Shown in pieces: positions 50,164-58,945 of a stretch of 64,000 bases of DNA; positions within the stretch are counted from its first letter, which is position 1, and each line of letters begins with the position of its first letter. The notes under the pieces are model-generated. The model searched no databases, had not been told where the DNA came from, and saw nothing but the letters and a program-made list of their open reading frames with translations. The DNA is from Patescibacteria group bacterium. Its GTDB lineage: Bacteria; Patescibacteriota; Minisyncoccia; UBA6257; JAAZHW01. The stretch covers positions 206,233-270,232 of the forward strand of contig JAOAGL010000001.1 of assembly GCA_026415775.1 (NCBI GenBank), read 5' to 3'. The translations under genes and the position numbers were made by a program.

Positions 50164-50517
50164 ATGAAATTTCTCTCGCGTTTAAGTTTGCAGATTTTAT
50201 TGAATCTTTTAGGGTTGTGGCTGATTATCAAGATTGTGCCAGAAGTTTCATATACAGCGGATTTTAAAATTTTATTTTTAACCGCTATTGTTTTGGGGAT
50301 TTTGAATTTTGTGTTAAGACCCATTTTAAAATTAATTCTTGCGCCGATTATTGCGTTAACTCTAGGACTTTTTACTTTGGTAATTAATGCCTTTCTTTTG
50401 TGGCTTGCCACTCAGTTGGTTGAGGGATTGGTTATACCAATTGGCTGGCCATTAATTTGGGGAACTATTATAATGTCGATAATTAATACAATTTTTCATC
50501 TTTTTGCTAAAAAATAA
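50164..50517 (+). CDS. YvlD/DUF360 (phage holin superfamily IV) membrane protein
   Basis: LGILNFVLRPILKL..P...LTLGLFTLVINA. Confidence 0.88.
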   Translation: MKFLSRLSLQILLNLLGLWLIIKIVPEVSYTADFKILFLTAIVLGILNFVLRPILKLILAPIIALTLGLFTLVINAFLLWLATQLVEGLVIPIGWPLIWGTIIMSIINTIFHLFAKK

Positions 50518-50741
50518 TGAGTACAACTATTATAACCATTGCTCAAATTATTGTTTCCATTTTATTAATTGGCATCATTATTATCCAACAGCGTGGCACG
50601 GGATTGGGTGGTATTTTTGGTGGCGGTAGCACAGAATTTTATCAGCAACGCCGAGGGTTGGAAAAGAAAATTTTTTATTTTACTATTTTTTTGGCAGCGC
50701 TTTTCTTTGTGTTAAATTTGATGGCTTTGTTACGAGCTTAA
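50517..50741 (+). CDS. secG: Preprotein translocase subunit SecG
   Basis: Two TMs flanking QQRGTGLGGIFGG...RRGLEK. Confidence 0.9.
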   Translation: MSTTIITIAQIIVSILLIGIIIIQQRGTGLGGIFGGGSTEFYQQRRGLEKKIFYFTIFLAALFFVLNLMALLRA

Positions 50742-50744
50742 TTT

Positions 50745-52472
50745 ATGAAATTTAAATATTTCTTCAAAAAAGAATTTTGGCAAAATTTTTGGCATTTGCT
50801 TTCAAAGACCGAACGCTTAATTTTTTGGGCAGCAGTATCAATAATCGGAATTTCTATTATTAGTTATAGCGTTTATTGGTATTTTACTTCAACCACGATT
50901 ATTCCTAAAGAAGGAGGCACTTTAAGAGAAGGTTATGTTGGTCAGCCGACGAGTTTAAATCCGATTTTTGCCGCCAACGAAATTGATCAAAGTTTATGTG
51001 CATTGGTTTATAGTGGTTTGCTAAAAAGCGATGGAAAGGGTGGGGTAATGCCTGATTTGGCTGATTCATATGAAAAAAGCGAAGATGGTCGTCATTGGGT
51101 AGTGAGATTGCGCAAAGATATTTTTTGGCATGATGGCGTGCCATTTACGGCTGATGATGTTGTTTTTACAATTTCGGCTATTCAAAATTCAGAAACTAAT
51201 AGCCCTTATCGTCTAGCTTGGCAAGGAGTGACCGTTACTAAAATCAGCGACTATACCTTAACTTTTGACTTAAAAAATTCTTATGCTTTTTTTGAAGAGA
51301 ATTTGAAGCAAAAGATTATACCTAAACATATTTTTGGAGACATCCCATTGGCTAATATTAAAAGTTTATCCCAATACAATTTTGAACCCATTGGCACCGG
51401 TCCTTTTGTGTACCAAAAATTTGATGCTGATAAAAAGGGTTATATTAATTATTATGTTTTTGTTGCCAACTCGCGATATTATAATGGACGGCCTTATATC
51501 AATAACTATATCGTTAAATTCTATAAAAGTGAAAGCGAATTATTAAAAGCTTTTGAATATCATCAAATTGATTTAGTCAATAATATTTCCCCTAATAATT
51601 TAAGAAATATCAATCGTTCATACACTCTTTATACTTATACCCTTCCTCAATATTTTGCAGTTTTTTTTAATGGCAATATATCAAAAGTTTTAGCTGATAA
51701 AAATGTTCGTTATGCCCTAAATTATGCCACCAATCGTTCTGAAATTATCGAAAAAGTTTTTAATCAATTAGCTGATTCAACAGAAGGACCGCTTTTGGGA
51801 TGGATGAAGGGGTATGAAGCTAATTTAAACTACGATTATTCAATAGACAGAGCCAAAGAAATTCTAATGTCTGGTGGTTGGAGTGATAATGATGGCGATG
51901 GTGTTTTGGAAAAAACTTTAAATAAAGGTGAAAACCCGACACCATTAAAATTTATTTTGACAGTTCCCTCGGCAAATTTTTTGATAGAAACAGCATCGTT
52001 GCTTAAAAAACAATGGCAACAAATTGGCGTTGAAGTTGAAATCCAAATTATTGATTCAAAAGAATTACAAGAGAATTATTTAATGACTCGTTTGTATGAT
52101 GCGTTAATTTATGGAAATATCATTAATCAAGATCCCGATTTATTTCCATTTTGGCATTCATCTCAGAAGTTTTATCCAGGTTTGAACCTTGCTCTGTACG
52201 AAAATCAGGCGGTTGATAAAATTTTGGAAGAAATTAGAATGGGCAATAACCAAGAAGTTAAAAGTAAAAATTTAGCCAAAGTATACTCATTGATTTTGTC
52301 TGATGCTCCAGCGGTGTTTCTTTATAACCCAAAAATTTTATTAGTTACAACTCCCGCATTAAAAATAGAAAATTTAAAACGAGTTAATATTTCGGCTGAG
52401 CGCTATTTTAATGTTTATCAGTGGCATTTAAAAACGAAAAGAGTTTTAATCAAATCCCTTAATCAAAATTAA
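50745..52472 (+). CDS. Peptide/nickel ABC transporter substrate-binding protein (family 5)
   Basis: GGTLREG, PDLA, WHDGVPFTADDVVFT, PIGTGPF. Confidence 0.9.
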   Translation: MKFKYFFKKEFWQNFWHLLSKTERLIFWAAVSIIGISIISYSVYWYFTSTTIIPKEGGTLREGYVGQPTSLNPIFAANEIDQSLCALVYSGLLKSDGKGGVMPDLADSYEKSEDGRHWVVRLRKDIFWHDGVPFTADDVVFTISAIQNSETNSPYRLAWQGVTVTKISDYTLTFDLKNSYAFFEENLKQKIIPKHIFGDIPLANIKSLSQYNFEPIGTGPFVYQKFDADKKGYINYYVFVANSRYYNGRPYINNYIVKFYKSESELLKAFEYHQIDLVNNISPNNLRNINRSYTLYTYTLPQYFAVFFNGNISKVLADKNVRYALNYATNRSEIIEKVFNQLADSTEGPLLGWMKGYEANLNYDYSIDRAKEILMSGGWSDNDGDGVLEKTLNKGENPTPLKFILTVPSANFLIETASLLKKQWQQIGVEVEIQIIDSKELQENYLMTRLYDALIYGNIINQDPDLFPFWHSSQKFYPGLNLALYENQAVDKILEEIRMGNNQEVKSKNLAKVYSLILSDAPAVFLYNPKILLVTTPALKIENLKRVNISAERYFNVYQWHLKTKRVLIKSLNQN

Positions 52473-52474
52473 AT

Positions 52475-53107
52475 ATGAATCATAAAACAACCCAAGATTT
52501 AAAAGAAGTTTTATTTAGAAAGGATTTAAAAAGCAAAAAACAGATAGTTTATAGAGTAATAAGAAATAAAAAAAGAAAAGGTAATTTGCGGTATGATATA
52601 ACCATTCTTTATCCAACAATGCTGGGTGAAGAATTTCCGAAAACCTATGGTCATTACCATAAATTTAATGAGCCTGAATTATACGAGATTTTAAACGGAG
52701 AAGCCATTTTTCTTTTTCAAAAACCCGAGGGGAATTCTTTAAAAATTAAAGAGGTCTATGCGGTTTTAGCTCAAAAGGGAGATAAGGTAGTTGCTCTACC
52801 TGGTTTTGGAATGGTAATGATTAATCCTTTGAATAAAAAACTGGAAGTGGGGAATTGGATAAAAGACGGAGTGGAAAATATTTATGATGATTACCGAAAA
52901 GCAAGGGGTGCGGTTTATTATTGTTTAAAAGGTGAAAAAAATTGTTTGCGTTTTATTCCTAACAAAAATTATAAAAAAGCACCAATATTAGAATTTTTAT
53001 TGCCAAAAACATTGCCTCAAAAGCTGAAAAATTTAAAATTTCTCACTGATTATAAAAAATATAAAAAAGACCTAACGGTTAAAAATCTATATTTAAAAAT
53101 TGAATAA
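52475..53107 (+). CDS. Cupin-type (archaeal-like) glucose-6-phosphate isomerase
   Basis: LRYDITIL, KTYGHYH, ELYEILNG. Confidence 0.8.
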   Translation: MNHKTTQDLKEVLFRKDLKSKKQIVYRVIRNKKRKGNLRYDITILYPTMLGEEFPKTYGHYHKFNEPELYEILNGEAIFLFQKPEGNSLKIKEVYAVLAQKGDKVVALPGFGMVMINPLNKKLEVGNWIKDGVENIYDDYRKARGAVYYCLKGEKNCLRFIPNKNYKKAPILEFLLPKTLPQKLKNLKFLTDYKKYKKDLTVKNLYLKIE

Positions 53108-53112
53108 AAATC

Positions 53113-53198
53113 GCCGCGGTGGCGGAATTTGGCAGACGCGCACGGTTCAGGGCCGTGTCCCATTTTGTGGGGTGTGGGTTCAAATCCCACCCGCGGCA
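53113..53198 (+). tRNA. tRNA-Leu(CAG)
   Basis: GCCGCGG/CCGCGGC-A, CACGG-TT-CAG-GG-CCGTG, variable arm. Confidence 0.93.
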
Positions 53199-53284
53199 CC
53201 CGGTCGTTCTTAAATAAATTAACCTTTTTTATTAAATTTTTAGTCGATTTAAATTTTTATCGTTTTTAAATAAAACGAAAAAAT

Positions 53285-54997
53285 ATGATGCAGCATAGAA
53301 AAGCAAAAAAAGAAATAAAGGATTCTCATGAAAAGATAAAAATTTGTATTTTGGGTGGCGTTGGTGAAGTCGGACGCAACCTTTCATTTATTGAATACAA
53401 AAATCAAATATTGGTTTTTGATTGCGGATTGAGATTTCCAGAAGAGGATATGCCGGGCGTTGATTTTATTATTCCCAATGTCGATTATTTAGAGAAAAAT
53501 CGTAAAAAAATATTAGGAATTTTTATTACACACGCTCATTATGATCACATTGGCGCTATTCCTTATATCGCTGAAAAATTGGGTTCTCCAACTATTTATA
53601 CAGCTCCTTTAACCAAGGCGATTATTCTTAAAAGACAAGCAGACTTTCCGTATCAAAAAGAACTGGATGTTGAGGCGATTGATATTGAAAAATTAGAGCC
53701 AATCTCTCTGGGTGTTTTTAAAATTCATCCTTATCTTGTTAATCACAATGTACCTGATACGTTAGGATTTGCCACAGAAACTCCCTTAGGAACAATTTTT
53801 TATATGCCAGATTTTAAAATTGATTTTAGTCCAATTATTGATAAGCCGATTGATTTGGGTCGAATTAGTCGTTTAGCCTCAAAAACACCGCTGGTTTTAA
53901 TGGCGGATTCAACTGGTGCCGAAGAACCTGGTCATTCAATTTCCGAAAAAGCAATTTATGATGATTTAGAAAGAATTTTTGAAAAGGCATCTGGAAGAAT
54001 TATTGCTGCAACTTTTGCCTCTCTTATTAGTCGTTTACAACAATTGATTTGGTTGTCAGAAAAATTTAATCGTCGTGTAGTAATTGATGGTTATAGTATG
54101 AAAAGCAATGTAGAAATTGCACGAATGATGGGTTATTTAAAAATTAATAAAAATACTTTAATTTCTCCTCAGGAGGCGCAGGGATTGCTTTCGCGACAAT
54201 TGACAATTTTATGCACGGGTTCTCAAGGCGAGGACAAGGCGGTTTTAATGAGAATTGCCAACCGCGAACATAAATTTTTCAAAGTGGAAAAAGGAGATAC
54301 AGTCATTTTTTCTTCATCGGTTGTTCCTGGCAATGAAAGAACAGTTCAAAATCTAAAAGATAGTTTTTATCGTCAAGGCGCTAGAGTGTTTCATTATAAA
54401 ATGATGGATATTCATGCTGGTGGTCATGCCCAGCAAGAGGAACTAAAACTGATGATTAATCTAATTCGTCCGAAATTTTTAATTCCAATTCATGGTCAGT
54501 ATTCAATGCTTCAGGCTCATGCTGATTTGGCTGAGCAATTAGGGATGCCAAAACAAAATATTGTAATTGCTAATAATGGTCAGATTATTGAAGTTGGTAA
54601 AGAACAGATTATGCCAACCCAATATGAAGTGCCGGCTAATTATGTGATGGTTGATGGATTGGGCGTTGGAGATGTTGGAGAGATTGTTTTAAGAGATCGC
54701 AATCAATTAGCTCAAGATGGAATGCTGGTTATTGTGGCAGTTATTGATGGTGAAAAGGGAGAATTAAGAGGCGAACCGGAAATTTCTTCTCGTGGATTTG
54801 TTTATCTTAAAAATTCTCAAGAATTAATGGAAAAAACGAAGTATATTATTAAAGATGTTATCGAAAAAACAATTTCAAAAGACCATACAACTAATTGGGC
54901 TTATGTAAAAGATAATTTGCGTGATAAAGTAGGCGAGTTTCTTTTTAAAGAAACGCAGCGCCGCCCGATGGTTTTACCGTTTATTGTTGAAGTTTAA
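53285..54997 (+). CDS. rnj: Ribonuclease J
   Basis: GGVGEVGRN, THAHYDHIG, TGSQGE, HAGGH, PIHG, RRPMVLP. Confidence 0.96.
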   Translation: MMQHRKAKKEIKDSHEKIKICILGGVGEVGRNLSFIEYKNQILVFDCGLRFPEEDMPGVDFIIPNVDYLEKNRKKILGIFITHAHYDHIGAIPYIAEKLGSPTIYTAPLTKAIILKRQADFPYQKELDVEAIDIEKLEPISLGVFKIHPYLVNHNVPDTLGFATETPLGTIFYMPDFKIDFSPIIDKPIDLGRISRLASKTPLVLMADSTGAEEPGHSISEKAIYDDLERIFEKASGRIIAATFASLISRLQQLIWLSEKFNRRVVIDGYSMKSNVEIARMMGYLKINKNTLISPQEAQGLLSRQLTILCTGSQGEDKAVLMRIANREHKFFKVEKGDTVIFSSSVVPGNERTVQNLKDSFYRQGARVFHYKMMDIHAGGHAQQEELKLMINLIRPKFLIPIHGQYSMLQAHADLAEQLGMPKQNIVIANNGQIIEVGKEQIMPTQYEVPANYVMVDGLGVGDVGEIVLRDRNQLAQDGMLVIVAVIDGEKGELRGEPEISSRGFVYLKNSQELMEKTKYIIKDVIEKTISKDHTTNWAYVKDNLRDKVGEFLFKETQRRPMVLPFIVEV

Positions 54998-55718
54998 TTT
55001 TTTCGGCTACTATATACAAATCTTTTTCCTTTGTATCAGAACGCAAGATATTGCCCGCTTCAATAATTTTAAAACCATTTTGGAAAAATAATTTTTTTAA
55101 TTCTCTGAGAGAAAAGCGATGAATAAAACGATTACATAGATTAGACCACGGAATAAAAACATCCCCGCGTTCTAACGGTAAATTTTTGAACCATCGTTGA
55201 AACGCTGATTTAAAAATATATTTAATTCTTTCGAATTTACCCGAAAAAAGAAGGTGTATCAGATTAAGATTCCACACGGTTAAAATAATTATGCCGTTTT
55301 CTTTTAAGGTTCGGTGAGCTTCTTTGATAAATTTTTGGTGGTAATTTTTTGAGGGAATGTGATGCAGTGTATCTAAACAAACAATATAATCAAAAAAATT
55401 ATTTTCAAAGGGGAGAGATAAAAAAGATTGATTGGCAATAAACTTCGCGTGCGGATACTTATTTTTAGCAATTTTGATTAATTCTTCAGAGATATCAATG
55501 CCATAATAATCAGATTGTTCGAATAGAGAATAATAACGGCCATGACCGCATCCCCAGTCTAAAATTTTTGTTTGTGGTTGAAGATGGCAATATTTCAAAA
55601 TCAAATTTTTCACTACGGCAGGAGGGGTAAAAGAGCGTTTATTTGCAAAATCAGAAGCGATTAAGTTATAATTTTCTTTGGTCTTTTGGAGTAAAAAATT
55701 AGCAAAATCTTCATTCAT
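54981..55718 (-). CDS. Class I SAM methyltransferase, Trm9/ALKBH8-like
   Basis: YNLIASDFANKR, LDWGCGHGRY, LHHIPS, LTVW, DVFIPW, RFIHRFS..EL. Confidence 0.75.
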   Translation of the reverse strand: MNEDFANFLLQKTKENYNLIASDFANKRSFTPPAVVKNLILKYCHLQPQTKILDWGCGHGRYYSLFEQSDYYGIDISEELIKIAKNKYPHAKFIANQSFLSLPFENNFFDYIVCLDTLHHIPSKNYHQKFIKEAHRTLKENGIIILTVWNLNLIHLLFSGKFERIKYIFKSAFQRWFKNLPLERGDVFIPWSNLCNRFIHRFSLRELKKLFFQNGFKIIEAGNILRSDTKEKDLYIVAEKIKLQQ

Positions 55719-57303
55719 GGAAATAGCAAAACAAATTATTATTGAGGCGACAAAAAATAAAATAAAAACAAAAAAAGAGTTAGAAGATTTAAAAAGATTA
55801 ATGGCGGAAAAATTTAAAAAACCGCTGATTTCTCAAGTTGAGCTATTAAAAGATTATCATAAATTATTAAAAAATAAAAGAATAAAAAAACAGCCAGCAT
55901 TAGAAAAAATTTTAATGACTCGGCCGATGCGTTCTTTGTCTGGTATTGTTAATATTACTGTTTTAACGAAACCATTTGGTTGTCCAGGGCAATGTATTTT
56001 TTGTCCTTTTGAAAAAGGATTTCCAAAGAGTTATTTAAAGGGCGAACCAGCCGCTGACCGCGCTTATGACTTAAAATTTGACCCTTATTGGCAGGTGACT
56101 AAAAGGTTAGAAATGCTTACAGAACAAGGACATCCTGTTGATAAAATTGAATTGCGAATTGTAGGCGGTAGCTGGTCTTTTTATCCTAAATATTATCAGC
56201 AATGGTTTATTAAAAGATGTTTTGAGGCGGCTAATAATTTTAATACAAAGCAAAAAAGAAAAAATTTAAAACTAGAGGAGATATTTAAAATTAATGAAAA
56301 ATCAAAAGCGCGAATAGTTGGAGTTTCAATTGAGACGCGTCCAGATTTGATTAATGAAAAAGAAATTCAGCGATTAAGAAAATTGGGTATAACAATGGTA
56401 GAATTGGGCGTACAAACTGTTTTTGATGATATTCATAAATTAAATAAAACCGGGCTTGATGTAAAAATTATTGAAAAAGCAACCTTTTTATTAAAAGAAG
56501 GTGGATTTAAAGTGCTTTATCATTTAATGCCAAATTTATATGGCTCTGATTTTCAGAAAGATTTAAAAATGTTTGAAACTGTTTTTAATGATGAACGTTT
56601 TAAGCCGGATTGGTTAAAAATTTATCCGACAGTTGTTTTAGAAAATACACATCTTTATAATTTGTGGCGTCAAAATAAATATCAGCCATATTCTGATAAA
56701 AAATTAAAAGATTTATTAATCAAAGCTAAAACAGAAATGCCCTATTGGGTAAGAATTGCTCGAATTATTCGAGATATTCCAGCGCAGAAAATTGTTGCAG
56801 GAACAAAATTGTCAAATTTAAGAGAGATTATTCAAAAAGAAATGAAGATGAAAGGTTTAGAATGCCATTGTATTCGTTGTCGGGAGGTCAAAGAAAATTA
56901 TGACCCAAAGGAAAGAATTTATTTATTCAGAGAAGATTATGATGCATCGGGAGGCAAAGAGGTTTTTTTGAGCTTCGAAAACAAATCAAGAACTAAAATT
57001 TTTAGTTTATTACGTTTAAGAAAACCAGTTTTTTCAACTCCCCCTATTTTTCCTGCGCTAAAAGATGCAGCTTTGTTACGTGAAATAAAAACCTATGGAG
57101 AATTGGTGCCGCTTTCTGAAAAGAAATTGGCTCCACAGCATCGGGGGTTGGGGAAAAAACTTATACAGGAGGCAGAGTGCATTGTTAAAAAAGAATTTAA
57201 ATTAAAAAAATTAGCCGTTATTGCAGGCGTTGGAGTTCGTGGATATTTTAAAAAATTAGGATATCGCTTAGAAGACACTTACATGGTAAAAAAATTAAAT
57301 TAG
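55717..57303 (+). CDS. elp3: Elp3 tRNA U34 carboxymethyltransferase (radical SAM + KAT)
   Basis: RSLSG, CPGQCIFCP, PKSY, ETRPD, VELGVQ, KIYP, CHCIRCRE, QHRGLG, GVRGYFKKLGY; likely start ATG 55717. Confidence 0.93.
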   Translation: MEIAKQIIIEATKNKIKTKKELEDLKRLMAEKFKKPLISQVELLKDYHKLLKNKRIKKQPALEKILMTRPMRSLSGIVNITVLTKPFGCPGQCIFCPFEKGFPKSYLKGEPAADRAYDLKFDPYWQVTKRLEMLTEQGHPVDKIELRIVGGSWSFYPKYYQQWFIKRCFEAANNFNTKQKRKNLKLEEIFKINEKSKARIVGVSIETRPDLINEKEIQRLRKLGITMVELGVQTVFDDIHKLNKTGLDVKIIEKATFLLKEGGFKVLYHLMPNLYGSDFQKDLKMFETVFNDERFKPDWLKIYPTVVLENTHLYNLWRQNKYQPYSDKKLKDLLIKAKTEMPYWVRIARIIRDIPAQKIVAGTKLSNLREIIQKEMKMKGLECHCIRCREVKENYDPKERIYLFREDYDASGGKEVFLSFENKSRTKIFSLLRLRKPVFSTPPIFPALKDAALLREIKTYGELVPLSEKKLAPQHRGLGKKLIQEAECIVKKEFKLKKLAVIAGVGVRGYFKKLGYRLEDTYMVKKLN

Positions 57304-57361
57304 GAGACAATTTAAAAATAAGCTATAATTGTTAAAGGTCGATTAAGTGTATTAAATATTT

Positions 57362-57760
57362 ATGAAGGGATTTTACATAAATATAGAGAAAGAAACTTTG
57401 GAAAATAATAATTTTCGTAAAGTTCTTTATACAGGAAGAAATAGTCAGTTGGTTTTGATGAGTTTAAAGCCAAAAGAAGAAATTGGAATGGAAATTCATA
57501 CAGACAATGATCAATTTTTCCGTTTTGAAAAAGGAGAAGGGAGGGTAATTATTGATGGTAATGAGTATTTAGTAAAAGATGGTGATGCTATTGTTGTTCC
57601 AGCAGGTGCTGAGCATAATGTCATTAATATTTCAGAAACAGAAGAACTGAAGCTTTATACAATTTATTCACCACCTCATCATAAAGATGGAATTGTGAGA
57701 ATTACTAAAGAAGAAGCTGAGGCTAATGAAGCGCCATTTGATGGGAAAACAACTGAGTAA
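57362..57760 (+). CDS. Cupin domain protein
   Basis: NFRKVLYTG..SQLVLMSL, EIH..DQFF, VPAGAEHNVIN, YSPPHH. Confidence 0.9.
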   Translation: MKGFYINIEKETLENNNFRKVLYTGRNSQLVLMSLKPKEEIGMEIHTDNDQFFRFEKGEGRVIIDGNEYLVKDGDAIVVPAGAEHNVINISETEELKLYTIYSPPHHKDGIVRITKEEAEANEAPFDGKTTE

Positions 57761-57797
57761 AATCAAAAAGCCACCATTAGGTGGCTTTTTTGATTTT
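57760..57797. terminator. Bidirectional terminator
   Basis: aaaatcaaaaagccacc-atta-ggtggcttttttgatttt. Confidence 0.8.
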
Positions 57798-58940
57798 CAT
57801 TAAAGCTTTGCGATATTGATTAGCAAAACGATGGGCTTCATCGCGGATTTGTTTTAAGATATCAAATGATAATTGTAGCAATTCTTTTATAGATTTTTTT
57901 ATATTTTTTCCAAATATTAATTTATCATTTTGAAATTTGGCAATGCCGATAACGGGTATTTTTAACTCTCTTTTTTCTAAAATTTTTTCGATTGTGTTAA
58001 TTTGAGTTTTTCCACCATCAACCAAGATTAAATCAGGATATGGCCATTCAGAATGATTAAATCGTCGTTCAATCAATTCTTTTAATGCAGATAAGTCATC
58101 ATGAGGGAGGGCAGTTCGAATTTTAAATTTGCGATACGCTTTTTTGTTAAATTCACCATTTTCAAAAACCACCAAACTACCAACGGTATTTTTTCCGCTA
58201 AAATGAGAAATATCGTAACCTTCAATTTTCTGAGTAATTTTTATATCGTTAACTTCTTTTTTAATTAATATTGAATCATCAATTTGAGAAATTAAATTTA
58301 ACTTTTGAGGATAATATTTTTGAAGAAATTTTTTAGCTTTGGAAATTTGACCGCTTAAAAAATCAATCAATGATTCAATAATTTTTTGGTAATCGTTTTC
58401 GGTAATAACGCCAATGCATTTGCCAGCACATAATCCAATTTGATAATGGAAACAAGGACGTGCTTGATTAATTCGACAGGTGCTATAAGGAAAAACTTTT
58501 CTTAATAACAATAATAAATTTTTAGCTAATGAGTAGCTTTGGAGAGGGCCAAAAATAAAAGCATTAGAAAGTAAATATTTTTGTAATTCTCGGCCACGCA
58601 CAATACGTGGATAACTCCATTTAATTTTTGGTATAACAATATAAACAAAAGATCGATTGTCTTTTTCTTTGATATTATAAAATGGTTGATGCTTTTTTAT
58701 GAGATTTGCTTCAAGAATAATTGCTTCAAGAAGATTGGAGGTTTTTTTGATTGTTAAATTATCTGCCTCTTTTATCATTTCTTGAGTTTTTAAATCGTTT
58801 GGTCGCAGATAATTACTTAAGCGGTTTTTTAAATTAACAGCGCGGCCAACATAGATAATTTCTCCCTTTTTATTTTTAAAAATATACACACCAGGCTGAC
58901 GGGGCGCTTTTTTGATTTTTTGAGCAATTTTATTGGTCAT
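57777..58940 (-). CDS. uvrC: Excinuclease ABC subunit C (shortened)
   Basis: GIY-YIG PGVY...IIYVGRA, Cys cluster, EGYDISH, VDGGKTQ, RDEAHRFA; no HhH tail. Confidence 0.9.
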   Translation of the reverse strand: MTNKIAQKIKKAPRQPGVYIFKNKKGEIIYVGRAVNLKNRLSNYLRPNDLKTQEMIKEADNLTIKKTSNLLEAIILEANLIKKHQPFYNIKEKDNRSFVYIVIPKIKWSYPRIVRGRELQKYLLSNAFIFGPLQSYSLAKNLLLLLRKVFPYSTCRINQARPCFHYQIGLCAGKCIGVITENDYQKIIESLIDFLSGQISKAKKFLQKYYPQKLNLISQIDDSILIKKEVNDIKITQKIEGYDISHFSGKNTVGSLVVFENGEFNKKAYRKFKIRTALPHDDLSALKELIERRFNHSEWPYPDLILVDGGKTQINTIEKILEKRELKIPVIGIAKFQNDKLIFGKNIKKSIKELLQLSFDILKQIRDEAHRFANQYRKALMKIKKAT

Positions 58941-58945
58941 ATTAT

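Noticed and set aside
50136-50411. 91-aa minus-strand ORF
   Set aside because: It is antisense to the recognisable YvlD gene
50164-50517. 'Phage holin' as evidence of a prophage
   Set aside because: The YvlD family is commonly chromosomal and there is no endolysin or structural gene nearby
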